64,000 nt of DNA from assembly GCA_010093605.1 (NCBI GenBank), contig MU004183.1:1674001-1738000 (forward strand), read 5' to 3'. The position numbers and the translations under genes were made by a program. The notes beneath the pieces were generated by a model. It saw only the letters and a program-made list of their open reading frames with translations, was not told where the DNA came from and did no database searches. Each line of letters opens with the position of its first letter. Position 1 is the first letter of the stretch. This stretch comes from Lophium mytilinum. Lineage: Eukaryota. Positions 24,879 to 38,232 of this stretch are shown one piece after another.

Positions 24879-25944
24879 TTACCAGCATTTTAGCTTCTTC
24901 CAGAAGCTGTTCTTCGGTCCGCCAGGTCTGAAAGTGTTCCCTGGCATCTGACTATCCGTTATTTGCTTCTCGGAGAGAGGAGGTAGAGGTTCTGTGCGGG
25001 CAGCAGCGCTCGGGGCGCCACCCGTGGCCTGGAGCCGTCTGGCTTCGACGACTCGGCGTACGAGAACTGCAGCCACAGGACGTCAGTACTTGGTATTGCG
25101 AGGACATCAGGAAGCGGGAGTCTCTCGCATGAACAAACATTGGCAGAGTGGTACGTACGCGCGAAGGTTTCCTCAATGTTGACCATCTCCCTAGCACTCG
25201 TCTCCATGAAGCCGCACCCCCTCTTCCGTGCCCACTCCAGGCCCTGAGGACTTCGGATCTGCCTCGCGCCCTGCAAATCGCATTTGTTTCCCGCCACGAT
25301 CTTGACAGGCGGCACCCGGCCCTCATCCAGCCGCTGCTCGGTCTCCATCTCTATCATGTCCATAAAGTAGTCCAGCGCATCGAGCGAGTTCGCGTTCGTG
25401 ATGTCATACACCAGTAGGAAGGCATCGCTGCGCAAGTTGGACGCTGCCCAGAGGCCCCGGTATTCCTCCTGTCCGGCCGTGTCGGTGAGCATGAGCATGT
25501 ACGTCTGGCCATCTATCGTTCGGGTGACGGAGTATGAGTCCTCTGTAGCATGGCGCACATCAGTCAGCGTTCGGTGCTTCCAATTGAAAATTTGCCCAGG
25601 CACACTCAAGCGAGTGCTGTTTTGAGGCTTCTCGGAGAGTTGTTGCGAGTGGAGTGGGGGCAACCGCGTGGTCGGAGAGGGCACGCAAGGGGCGGGTTTG
25701 TACCTATCGTCGGGTCGTATCTGTCGCAAACGTCAGAAGAAACACCAGAAGCGGGCAATTGCCATGGCATCGCGGGGGCCTACTCGTGGGTCCATTGACT
25801 CCGTACCAGACGCAGCGTGATTGATGATTTGCCTTGACTCGGTCAGCACTCAATTGCCCATCCACCGATCGTCCCTGGCCGAGGATACGCACCGCATCCT
25901 CCGTCACCGCACACTGTGATGGTGATCCGATTGTTGTCGTCCAT
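24879..25944 (-). CDS. Ras-family small GTPase (fungal Ras-like subgroup)
   Basis: G1 GDGGCGKS split by an intron; switch I YDPTIED carried on a 17-nt micro-exon; G3 DTAGQEEY; G4 NKCD; G5 ETSAR. The C-terminus is FWKKLKCW. Confidence 0.93.
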
Positions 25945-26897
25945 GCTGTGGGCGCTCGTCACTCGTCGTTCGGTGCGCTCTTCGGTGTAGGCTTGGGTTT
26001 TGTCCGCCGGCGGGGTGTTTGTGTCTTGTTGTCGTGGTCGCGAAGAGGAACGGGCGTAGAGAGTCGTCGCAGTCACAAGGGCGATCAGGTGCTTGCCAGC
26101 TTAGCCAGCGTAGGACAGGGCCGGGCAGCAGCAGAAATTAGAAGCCGCTATCCCTGCGGTGCCCCCTTGATTCTCTCCTGGACAATGCACACCTGCTGCG
26201 CACGGTGCATCTATCACGCCCTTATGCACGATGATGCACCCTACCCGCAAGGGATAAATGGAGCCCTCCGCACCCCAATCGCCGCCCGGAGCTGTTTGCA
26301 CGGCTGCAACACCACTTGTCTCATCGCAACCCGAGGCGGGGGTCCGCGTGGACAGATGCTGCGCAAGGCGCACGAAACGGCTTGAAAAGTATATGTCGAG
26401 ACCCAAGTCACACACACTTTGGCCGTCAAGGCCCACTTGGACGAAGCTTTGCCGGGCTACGGTAGCAGTGCAAATCACCAGGGAACGGCTTTGGTATCAT
26501 CAACCTCGTCAATTTCATCATATTTGTACAATACAGTCACTCAACCAACTGCGCCCACCGGGAGCCGTTCCGGCCGCTTCTGACATCTATTCCATGGTAT
26601 CATCGAATACGCGTGCAAGCTCCTAAGAGACTCGACAAAATGTGTGGGGTGCCGGAGTGCCCCTCGACCCAAACGGTCCATCCGATCCAAATACCGCCTT
26701 CAGGCCGAATCGCCCTGTCTGTACCTGCTTCCTCCACCAGGTACTGTAGCTCGAATTGGTCGCCAAATAACGTAACAGCATCTAGGGTAATAAGCAAGCG
26801 AATGTCTAGCCAATCTGACGGGGTATCGAGGAAGGCAGGCCGTGATGCAGCCAGCATGGCTTAACTCTCAAAGAACACTGCGTGTAGGAAATCGTGC

Positions 26898-29800
26898 TTA
26901 ATCCGGCTCGTGGCCCTCATCAATTTTAGCAGGCACGCCGCCCGAGAACCCGTCTGATGCTCCAATTTCCATACGCGCCACTTTGGCTGCATGGCTTTCC
27001 GCGCTTGCTTGCTGTGCCAGAGTTGTCGCTGTCGGTTTCGTAGACGGGTCTGAAGCGGCTGACTGCGCTGGGAGGTTTGGGAGAAGAGGTTTGCTTAGTC
27101 GAGGCGCACCCGCCGCTTTGCTTGCGGAATCGCTTTTTTGGGAATGCTGAGAAGACGTCCTGGGTGATACTCGACCATTCTATACAGTACATGATCAATA
27201 AGTGCCGCATGAAACCATATGGACTAACATAGTTGACGGCCGGGAGGGATACGGGGGAGAATTAGTGGTGCGACTCACTTGTTTAGCCCATCGTAAACCA
27301 CAAGAATTACAAAGATCTCTGTTCCCCGAGGGCCCCCTTCGCCACTCTGGAGTGACTCGAGTGTGACAGTTGGCGCAGTCTTTCTGCAGCTGACCGGCGC
27401 CCTTTCTCCTCTTTCGTTTCTTCTTTGCTGCCAATAAGCTCTGCACCTCTTCCGCCAGGAGACGATTTCGCTTTTCCATCTGGCGTAGCTCGAATTGCCA
27501 GCTGGTGCTTCTCGTTGTCTTGAGCTCATCAAACACATTCTCTTCCGAAGCTAGCGAATAGTCCTGATGACCGAGTTGCAAACCCTTCTCGCCGCCAAAA
27601 GTGGCAGCCGAGGCGTCAGTTGTGACAAACTGACTACCCGAAACTCCAGTCTGCGGTGTGCTGCTACCTGTAGCCACCATCTGGCCTGATCCGATGGCAC
27701 TCGATGCATCACCTGACGCGTTTGAAACGGAGCCTTCCCCAGAATTGCGCTCTCTAGGATATAGACTGGGACGTGGAGTGCTTTGAGTACTATTCCCGCT
27801 ACGCGAATATTTCAGTAGCCTCGTTTGTGCAACGAGAAAGGTCGGTTTCTGACCCTCTATGGCATCGCCCGGATACAGAGTGGTAAATGCCTGGAGCACC
27901 TGTCCCCTCTTGTTCATCATCTCGTGTTTTACTTCGCCCTTCCTGCCTGTGCGAGTAAGCTCGAGTATGCGCCCGAACTCTGCTTTTGAGTCCTGTCGCA
28001 TAAGAGCCTGTATACTAGTGCCGACTAGATCCTCGGGCTGTCGGTCTAAAAGCTGACGAACATTGGAAGAGACGAATAAAAACATCCCCGACGTGGACAT
28101 TTTGGTCCACAACTCGTTGTCGCCGATACCTCCTGAGGACCGGATGTCGCTCTTAGTGAGTGTGTATACCGGCCGTTCGCGCCCGACGAGTATAATGCAC
28201 TTGCGGCCTTTACCCTGCTCTGTATGGAGCGAGCCATGACCTTCAAACCACATGTATCCGTTCCTCTTTCGGAGTATTCTAAAAACAACATTGACAGACG
28301 CTCCGCTGGATGTGTCTTTCAACTCTCTGGTGACAGGCACAATGTCACTAGGATGGCAAACAGACGACAAAGCGCTGCCATTCAGTTCGGTGGGATCGTA
28401 CTCCAATACCTTCTGACAGGAAGGTGACAGGTACAAGAATAGACCCTTCAGAGACAACACATACACGACGTCATCTGTATTCTCTAAGAGAACCTTATCC
28501 CATATCCTTCTCGTGAACTCGGAGTCTCCGGACGTGCTGAAAGTGCTCAAGGCGTTGGATACCTCATCTCGTGTCACGGTTTGTGTTGTGTCCAAGGAAG
28601 CGGAGTTATGGTCTGTAAAAACATAATCGGGAAGTCTTCCACCGCGTTGGTAGTTTACAGTATACGATCCATCTGTTTGCGGTCAGGATTGTAAAGGTGA
28701 AATTGGCTTCATAAACTGCATCGGCTTACCCGGGTTTTTGTTTGTCATTGAAGCTGGCTGCTCCACGAGATCAACCTGAAAACCAACATAGTACTTGATT
28801 TCGTCGCTTTCTGCCATAGTAATGGGAATCATGGTCAGCAGATTCATAAAAGGCTGCCCGCCTCTTCGGTAGTTGATCAGACTAATCTGCGCCTCTTTCC
28901 GCATATTGATCATGTTCTTGAGATAAAGAACGGAGTCATCGTCCACGTATTTCCGCTTTATGCCCGCTTCAACGTAGCCATCTGGTGACTGAAGAAACCG
29001 GCAATTCCTACCAAGGATCATGTGCTTGGTATAGCCAGTCAAACGCTCAAAATTGTCGGAACAGAAGACGATGGGTACGTCATCCTTTTGAGCGTCACAA
29101 ACCACGAATGCGCAAGAAAAATCCACATTTCCAATATTGATCTCCGGATTAGGCCTGGTAGCAACGCGAGTCTTGTCAAATATTAGGCTCTTCCTATAAT
29201 CTAGCGCACACTACAAAGGCATACGTACGAGGACCTCAAGCATATTGAAACCAGTCGAAGAATACGCGTTCTTATACTGAGCGTGCTCCACATGTGGGCG
29301 GCCACCCATCGTCGAAGGGAAGCCATCTGCTAGCAAGTCAGCCAGAGTCCCTCGCCTGTCATTAGGCTTCTAGGGAAAGTTCACCAGTGGGCGCCCTCCA
29401 AGGGAACTTTAACCCATTGTTAGGTGGTAGCGACTTCTCTAGGTGTCGAGAAGGTTCTGGTCGAAAGGATGAAACCGTTGGTATCTGGTTGGCAGAATTC
29501 CGAGCGGAGGACGGGTCACTTTCGGGTTGAGAGTTAGATCGGAAGCCTTGTTCTTGACTACCCGGTCGGGAGGGCATGGAGGATTGTACGTCGGGAGTTC
29601 CGTTGCCAGACTCTGGTCCGAAGTGGTCGTTGGTCTGTATGGTGCTGTTGGAGTTCTCCCGAGGAAGCCCCCGAGGCGTGGGACCAAAGTCTGGGCTTAC
29701 GGGAGAGGTCACCATGGGGGACGCAAATTGTGGTTGAGAGTACAGATTTATGTCGTTGTTCATCATGGGGTCATTTTCTAATGGGATGGCTAATCCAGGA

Positions 29801-30312
29801 CCAGGGCCATAACGGCTGTGGAGTTCAGAATCCATGGGACCAGCTGTATGCAGAGGCGAAGTATATGGCGATGCAGGTGGCGCCATGGTGGTAATCCATC
29901 CTTGTTGGTGAGAGAACTGAGTATTGAGGGCAAGATCACCACCCGATGGCCGTCTTGTTTGGGCATTGTTGCTCTGCTGAGGGTACGGCATACCATTTCG
30001 GACAATGCCGTCCATATTGGAGGTCGTAGGGCTTTCAAAGTTGTAGTTGTCGAGGACGCCGCCTTGCATGCCCTTGAAGTCCATCATGGACAAGCGCCTA
30101 TGGTCCTGGCCGTCCATGGACACATTATTGCTGTAATGAACGGGCATGCTCCTCCTCCGCAGCTCTTTTGCATTCTGGTTGACAATGTCGTCCAGGGACT
30201 GTCCCCCACCGAAGTCATACGGTATCACTTCCCCTTGGATGCCCGTCATGTCCATGTTTCCTCCGTTGGCGGTGCCATAGTGGCCGGGTGGGTAGGATGG
30301 ATAGCCGTTCAT
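26898..30312 (-). CDS. wc-1: White collar-1 blue-light photoreceptor (LOV + 2 PAS + GATA zinc finger)
   Basis: LOV signature GRNCRFLQ preceded by YSSTGFNMLEVL..VATRPNPEINIG, PAS domains, NLS KKKRKRRK, and GATA finger CANCHTRVTPEWRRGPSGNRDLCNSC. The last exon ends DEGHEPD* at 26898. Confidence 0.97.
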
Positions 30313-31199
30313 GGTGGGATCCCCGAAGTCTGCCGATTCCTAAGAGAGCTTTATGAGGACATGGACGCGCTGGGCCGCAGCAGAGACTCATCGGAGTGAG
30401 GACGAGGGGAGAGGCGGCGGTGTACGGGAAAGCATGCGGTGAGGATGGCGGCGCGGATTCGAGGATAGTTGGGGGGCAGCAGGAAATTGAGGAAATAGGG
30501 ACGTCTCGCACAGGGTCTACGATGGCAGCATGGTGCAGCAATGACAGCTGCAGACACGGGCGGGTTCGGTGTCGTCGTCTAGCGGGATAGCAAGCGACCC
30601 GCTGAGCGCCGCTTGGGGCAAATCAAGTGGAGATGACGTTCCTTCAGCGGTGAGCCTGCTTGTCGCGCGGCTGGAACATTGCCTTTGAAGATTGCAGCGC
30701 TGAGAATGCTCTCGGGGGTAGCATGTGTTGATACGACGTCTAGCAGTGCCCGTATGGTAGAGCCACGGCGGTGGTGACGACGTCGAGCTGCGAGAGACAC
30801 CAAGCCAGGGCCCAGTACACTGCGTGGCCCCTAAGCTGAAAGGACGCGACGTCCACGTGAGAGCGAGCATCAAGCCCTCGCTGTGGCTGTAAAATTATGG
30901 AGACGAAAGAGTCTTATTCTAAACCAGCGTCCTCATGATGATGGTCCAGCGTCCTCCCGATATCGACCGGTACCCTATCGACAACGGCCCCATAACAGCC
31001 TTGTTCTATCAAAGGTACAAAGATACGCTTCAGCTTTTCAGACTACATTTGTTGCGATGAGAGAAACAAGCTACTCTAGCTTATGATACAGAATAATAGC
31101 CCCCTGCACGCCGCGTCGCGAGACCGCCAGATGATATGCGCCTAGCCGAATATTCTTTGCAACATCCTCAACCACCTCCCTCCATCACTCTCCGCCGCG

Positions 31200-32566
31200 A
31201 TGATCCTACGGCACGTCGCCCTGCGGCACGGTATGTTGGTTCTAATTCTGCGTTGGCTCGCCATGCTATACATTGACTAACACGCCCCTCGCAGCCCGCA
31301 GAACCCTTACACCGCAGTCTCTGCGGCCCCTCAAGCGTTTCGTGTCGTCTGAGGTCGAATCCGCCGACGCCTCGGTGCAGAACAGCCTCGACGAGGTACA
31401 GGCGATCGCGGCCCACATCAACAGCCTCACCGCCGCCCAGGCTCCTCCCATTGACAACCTCACACCCTCCCCAGCCCAGCCAGCTGCAGTCTCGGCCGAA
31501 GCCGCCGAATCCTACCTGCTCTTCAAGCATCGGGGTACGTCTACTGCGACAAGACTCACTCTGGCACACCGCTAACCTATGCAGAGAGCCAGTTTGGGGC
31601 CGTCGGTTCCGTCGTTGCGCCCCATTACCAACCGCATACCCTCCTAAGCAACCCGCCCTCTCCGTCCGATGTCACTCTCGAGCTCCTCCTTGCATCTGAA
31701 GCCCATCAAGGCCATGCCACGGCTCTCTGGAACCCCGCCAATGCTCGTTACATACACGGTATCCGCCAGGGCACCCACATCATAGCCTTGGACCAGACTG
31801 CCGCCCATCTCCGACGGGCCGCCAAGATCGTGACGGAGGTTGCAAGGCGTGGTGGTCTAATCCTCTTTGTCGGGACGCGTGCCGGACAGGACCGCTGTGT
31901 TGTCAAGGCTGCACAGCTCGCACAAGGCTGCCACTTGTTCGAAAGATGGATCCCGGGCAGCATCACCAACGGACAGCAGATCTTAGGGAAGTGTCGCACC
32001 AAAGTAGTGAACGAGAAGGACGAGGAGGTGCCGGGCTTTGAAGACCAGCTTTACGATCGTTCCGTACTCAAGCCGGATCTAGTCGTGTGCTTGAACCCTA
32101 TGGAGAACTACGTACTTCTGCGCGAGTGTGGCGACCACTCCATACCGACAATCGGTGTCATCGACACGGACGCTGACCCCACGTGGGTCACCTATCCGAT
32201 ACCTGCAAATGACGATAGGTTAGTAATCCTCAATCTACTCGCATTCTCTGCCTTTGTCGCGTTCATCAATTCTAATATCAACGTAGTTTGCGATGCATAC
32301 AAGTCATTGGGGGCGTTCTAGGTCGCGCTGGCGAACAAGGCCAAAAGCTCCGTCAACAGGCAGCAGCACGCGGCATAGTAACATATCCTCCCGCATCCGA
32401 CCTGAAACCACCCGCACACACCTCATCCGTTGCTTCTCAACTAGAACAAACGATTGAGAAGCGTCGTCAAGAAGCGGCATTGATTGATAGAACGATGTCA
32501 GCAGAGGAACCCCAAGAAGTCGAGAATAAGGACGACCTAGAGGATTCAAGAGACGAGGAAAGGTGA
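31200..32566 (+). CDS. MRP4: Mitochondrial small-subunit ribosomal protein uS2m
   Basis: Basic presequence exon at 31200. Motifs VTLELLLASEAHQGHATALWNPAN..YIHG, GGLILFVGTR, ERWIPGSITN, PDLVVCLNP and PTIGVIDTDADPTWVTYPIPANDD. Three introns. Confidence 0.93.
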
Positions 32567-34336
32567 AGAGTCGGAGACTATGCACACCAGGCTGTTTCTC
32601 AACTATGAGGCCTCCCCATTCAGTGGTGTCTCGGCTCCTTCTATCGTAGCGTCTGTCGTTCTCAGTGTTCCTGCTTTCGAATTGTTTGGAGAGCTGAAGA
32701 GATGAGCTAGACGGAGTTTGCATGTGCGAGAACCCGAGGACATAGACTGTACTATACATCTGTAACATCATGATAGGAGCATGTCTAGAGGTCCCTACGA
32801 TCTAGTCGAGGAACGACACTATAGACATACGAATAGGTATACTCGGATTCTTGGATCCCAAAGCCGACCTTCAAAATATTACAATCGTCAATATATGTCG
32901 AGGTGCAGAAGCTGTACTGCAGCATCTAGTGCATGGTCCCTTCGTGTACCGTTTCAATGGACATCGATACATCGCGCGGGTAAGATGCAAACAGACCCCG
33001 TATAGGCGGATCCGATTGGCCCAAAGCAACCTCTGCAAGGGACACGCGCAGTTCTGTTACGCATAGACCGGGACTTGCGAACTCCAGCACTGCACCTGAG
33101 TCCGCACGCAGTGCTTCCATGCAGCCCGCCATACACAAACAGGACATCAGGAACGTTCATGGCATGACAAAAGGGCCCAAAAGCGACCCCGAAGTCGTTC
33201 GCATGTCACGCGACCTATTGCTCCCTCTCCCCTTCTCCACCACACCCTCCCCAACCCATCCAATCAACGCCTCAGCCTGCAACCCATCGCACCCCTCCTT
33301 CAGCCCCTAGCGGAAACGTCCCAAGGGTCCTTTGCCAGACCCTGATGCGCACATCCCTCGAACCACCACCCCGGAGCTCGGGGATGACTCCGGCGCGCTC
33401 GGGTACCTTGTCCATCACTTGCACGTGGGATGAAACCGGCCCGTCTCCGTAAACGGGGAGGGGGGGGGCTTGCACCCAAACAAACAAGAAACCTACGACT
33501 CTCGACCCAGCTATTCCCGTTGTACCGTCCATCAGTCAAGAGCTGGCGACTCGGCACGATATTTGGTCATGGCATCGTCAGCCGTGCGCGTTGTCGAAAA
33601 CGACGTCAGAAACGCGGAAACCGACGTCACGGATTGTGATAACGCGAGATCCCAGCGCACCGCGGCGAGGCGAGGCGCGCCGTGGGTAGTGGCCGCTGGT
33701 GGTGCGTGGTCATGAAGACGTGTGTTTGCGGGAGCGAGTGCGGGTTGCATGACGGAGGGCTATTTCGAGGTGGACTTCGGGGGGTAGTGATTGGGCGGGG
33801 AGCGTAGCGGGTTTCATTGGACGGAGAAGGATCCGTCTGCGCTCCACGCTTTTGTGAAGCTGAGGAGTGCGTTGGATGGGGAGGTGGCTTCAATAGGAGA
33901 TATGTCGGTGCGTCGCGTGGTGAGTGGGAGGCCTAGCTGGAAGCAGCTCCCCGGAGGTAGGTGCGGCAACGGGGTTTGAGGCTGGCGCGAGGAGCTTAGG
34001 GATGAGGAGTGGGGATAGCGCTGATATCAGGGAAGTCAGGTGAGGCGTACGCTGGAAGGTGGGCTTTTGGCAAACGCGCTGGAGAGGATCTATTGATTTG
34101 GTGGCTACCTAAATGGAGAACATTGGCGGATAATGTTCCGAGATGCTGAGGCTCTGTCACCCTCATGATACTCGGAAATATCTTCATTATATGAAGTCGA
34201 CAGATCTTAATTCAAGCTCTACTTTATGTTACTTGCATAGTAGCAGCAAGCCTGAGAGCAGCAAGCCTGAAAGCAAGTCTGCAAGTTCTTCGTGATTATG
34301 TTGCTCTAGACGCCTTGGCATTCAAGCCGTGAAGCC

Positions 34337-34992
34337 AGACGAAAGGAGTCCTATCACAAGACTTAGGAGCCAGCGGAGGCATCTCCTACTGTGCTCAACA
34401 CTTGAGCACCGCGAGACTACCATGCGGTACCCAAAGAGGTAATCATGCGGAGTGCAAATCCGCAAGTACTTGGCGATTATATTGCGCAAGATACCTGAGC
34501 AGCACGGCTGCAATGTCCGACGAAGAATAGTCCTATCACAAGAAATAGAAGTCAACGGAAGCATCTCCTACTGTGTTCAACACTTGAGTACTGCGGGACT
34601 ATCATGCAGCACTCAAAGAGGTAATTAAATTGTGTACAAACCCGCAAGTACTTGGCAAATATTGCGCGAGACACCATAGCAGCACGGCTGCGATGGCCGA
34701 CGAAAAGTAGTCCTATCACAAGAGATAGAAGTCAACGGAGGCATCTCCTACTGTCCTCAACACTTGAGCACTGCGAGATGGCCATGCAGCCGCCCTCAAA
34801 GAGGTAATCAAGCTGTGGACAAATCCACAAGTACTTGGCAAATATGTTGCGCAAGACATCATAACAGCACGGCTGCGATGGCCGACGAAAAATAGTCCTA
34901 TCACACGAGATAGAAGCCAGCGGAGGTATCTCCTACTGTCTTCAACACTTGAACACTGCAAGACGACCATGCAGCCCTCAAAGAGGTAATAG
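34337..34992. repeat. Degenerate tandem repeat, unit 180-185 bp, about 3.6 copies
   Basis: Anchor AGTCCTATCAC at 34347, 34529, 34709 and 34894. Shared blocks ATCTCCTACTGT, TCAACACTTGA, CAAAGAGGTAAT, CAAGTACTTGGC and CAGCACGGCTGC. Confidence 0.92.
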
Positions 34993-35343
34993 TGCTGACT
35001 CACCTTCACGACTGGAGGATTGGAAACAGGAGAAGCAATGGCTCCGGAAGCAACTCCTTCTGCACTCAACACCCAAGCATTGTCAAACATGGCTGCAGGA
35101 CTCGAATAGGTAATATGGAGCTCTATACGCCCGGCATCCTTGAAGAATTCGTTGTACAAATCATTAAATTCAGGTTTCGTTGAACGTGGGAAGTCTCTCC
35201 ATCTCGGAAAGACCGCCCGGGCCAATGAGAGGCGAGCATTTCCCACCTCATGTTTGCCGGGCGGAGGCTGCACCCGCACCGTTGGAGCCTCCTCATACGC
35301 GATCGCCTCTCATATAGGCTGTCTCCACACATGATTTCACTCT

Positions 35344-38232
35344 TCACTCCACATCTTCCTCCTCCTCGCCGTCATCTTCGCGAAGTGCGGCTTCTCTCAC
35401 CGCAGGACCTCCCGCCACCTGGCCCCTCGCCTCCTGCTTCCTCCACAGCTCCGCCAGAAAGCCTGCCTCGCTCGCCTCTTCAATGCTCTTGTCTTCCCTC
35501 ACCTTCAAGAATCTTGGAAACCGTAGACTGAGACCTCTTGCCTCGTCCACTAACCCGATCGCCGCTGTGTACGTCGGACTAAGCGTGATGTCCGCAAACG
35601 CGCACTCCCACACCTCTTGTGGTTCGAACCACACATCCGGATGGCCCGCATCGTAGTCAACGTAGCTGGGCTTGCCGCCGAGTGTGTTGCTGGTCTCCTC
35701 AGCATCTGGATCGTACTTGGCGCGGTTTGCGATGTAAAACTTGTCGGTGAAGCCGGAAATGCATTTCGTGACTGCTTCGAGGGAGCCAGTCTCGGCATTG
35801 CGTACCGCGAGCAGGATAGGCGACCACCATTTTGCCTTGCGACCTTGGCCGTACCAGCCGGCGATGGGGATTAGATCGACAGTGTCGGCTGATGTGTTGT
35901 AATCTTTCTTGACCTTAAGCCAGGAATCTAGGCGCTTGTCTGGCTCATAGGTTGCGAGGAGCGCCTTACGCCGTGTTGATGTTGCGGGGTCGTTATCGCT
36001 TGTGGGGTCTGCCTTTGACTTTTTGGATTTTCCACCTTTGCTGGATTTCTTTGGGACCGGTGGCGCCACAACCTGATCAGCTGTCTCGGCCTCGGTCTGC
36101 AGGTCTGGGTTGGGCAAATTGTCCAGGACTTTGACCATAATTCCCTCGCACTTGATGTCTGTAGCGCTTTTGAAGAACGCTTGCACGGTTTCCGCGTCCG
36201 CGCTGGTGGCATCCAGGTTTCGAACGTACGTGAAGTGATGTGGGATCTCGACGAAAAGGCTTCTTAGTAGCTCCCTTCTTTCTCTGAATGGCCGATTGAT
36301 GAGTTCCTCGCCGTTCAAGTACATGAGATCGAATGCAAAGAGACATACATCGATCTTCACGCTTCCGATGACGACGTCTTTTCTCGCGCGGTTAGCCAGA
36401 GTTTGGAATGTCCTGAGTTCTCCGGTCTCTCGATCGATGGCTACGACTTCGCCCTCCAAAATGAAGCTACTGACGCCCTCGCCCCTCAGCTTTGGCACGA
36501 GCGCGACCAAGTCGGGGTACTTGTCTGTCATTACTTCTAGATGCCGGGAGAAGATTGTGACTTTCCCCTTGTCATCGCAATGCACTTGGGCACGCTGACC
36601 ATCGTATTTGAACTCGCAGCTAAAGTCGCGTCCTTGTAGTTTTGTCAACATGTCGCCCAGGTCGCGGGTAATGCTACCGAGCATAGGTCGCAGCGGTATG
36701 TGCAACGCTAGACCGCATCGAACGACCAGCTCATCGCAGATACCGACTTCCAAAAGCGCCGGAATGAGGTCGTTGTAATTCGGATGTCGCGCAAAACACG
36801 CTTTTACGGTCTCTTCGTTCGTTGTGTAGATTTTAGCCAGCTCGTCCTTTTTGTGTCCTAGAAGGTATTCAACGGTATAGATTGAGAAATTAGTGCCTGG
36901 AGGTCTCGCGATTATGAAAGCGCGGGATAATGCAATTAGCATAGTAGTCTTGACGGCACCAATGCGAAGCTATCTAGTAGATTAGCTTATAACTTTGCTC
37001 ATCGAGAAATTGGTATCAAGCTAGGCATGAAATTGCATGGAATAGACTAGAAAAAGGTTCCTTTACGAAAACCCCATACAAGGATCTACAAATTTCGAGA
37101 GAAGTAGAAGTATCGATTGGACTTACATGCTGTACTAAGGTTCTTACAATGTATCTACTTTCTTCTGCACCCCTAGCGTCTTGTACAAGCCTCTCGACAA
37201 TCCGCTGTTTCATCTCCTGGCTGCCCTGTCCCTTGCTATTGGCAATCTTGACCAGTGATTCAAATACACTCTTGATGGTAAGCGGCTTTGGTTTACGCAG
37301 CGTAAAGGATTGCCGCTTCTTCGCCTCGTACGCCACGTCGCCTGCGTCACCATATTTGTTGTACAGCGTCTTTAGCCCAGCATTATCCAATCCGCACACC
37401 TTCTTCAACGCTTTCGAGATCGCAGAGCCACCGAGACCGAGCTCGAGGTCAATATAGGGAGGAGATATAGAGTTTGTCGCAAGCCAGACCTATTACTGGT
37501 GTTAGCTATGGATTCGTATTACAAAAGTAGAATACTGACAGCTGGAAGGAGGCTCTCCGGATCGCCTTCTATGAGCGTGCGCAGTAAGTTGACCAAAGTA
37601 TCAACAATCTTAATCCTACTTTGAGTACTGTTAACAAGAACGAAGCAACGCGTCAAAAGAGCGTAAGTCGCGTTTCCACCCTCTGATGCCCAGTGGCTGC
37701 TTAAGTCGGGTATGTATTTCTGAGGATCGAACTCGAAGGGGCTCTGGTCAAATGGGATATTGGCAGAGACGGTGTCTTCCGCTGCTGAGGCAGATTGGAG
37801 GCCGAGGGTGTGTTTGTTGGAAAATTGGCCGTCTCGCTGATCTTTAGGTAGCCCATCGAGGCTCGAGGTGCTTTCGTCAGCCGCTTTGGGCCGATCTATC
37901 GCTTCTTTTACTCCAGCTAGGTTTGATGCAGTGGCCCTAGCGTGGTGGGCAACTTCTAGCGTTTGTGGAGCATTCTGTATTTGGTCTTCTTCATTCCACT
38001 CTTCCTGGAGTTTTCTTGCAAGTTCCTCGTCCGTTAGCACGGCGTTGTCCCGCTCGTTCTGCACAGTAGGTTCAAGAAGGTTCGTATCCTCGGCTTCGAT
38101 TGTAGGTTGCGGTTTCTTTGGTCCATCTTTCGCGACTTCCTTCTGCCGAGCGAAGAAATAGTCCAAGCTGCGTACTGGTTGATTGGATCCGTTGTGGTCG
38201 TTCTTTTTGCGTCTCTTGGCAGGGCTGCTCAT
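35344..38232 (-). CDS. ATP-dependent DNA ligase, ligase I (Cdc9)-like family; probably the second fungal paralogue (Adl1-like)
   Basis: Motif I CEFKYDGQRAQVH, FILEGEVV, FAFDLMYLNGE, CEGIMVK, WLKVKKDY and LSLRFPRFLKVREDK, plus an N-terminal DNA-binding domain. Two introns near 37.0-37.1 kb and 37.5 kb. Confidence 0.93.
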
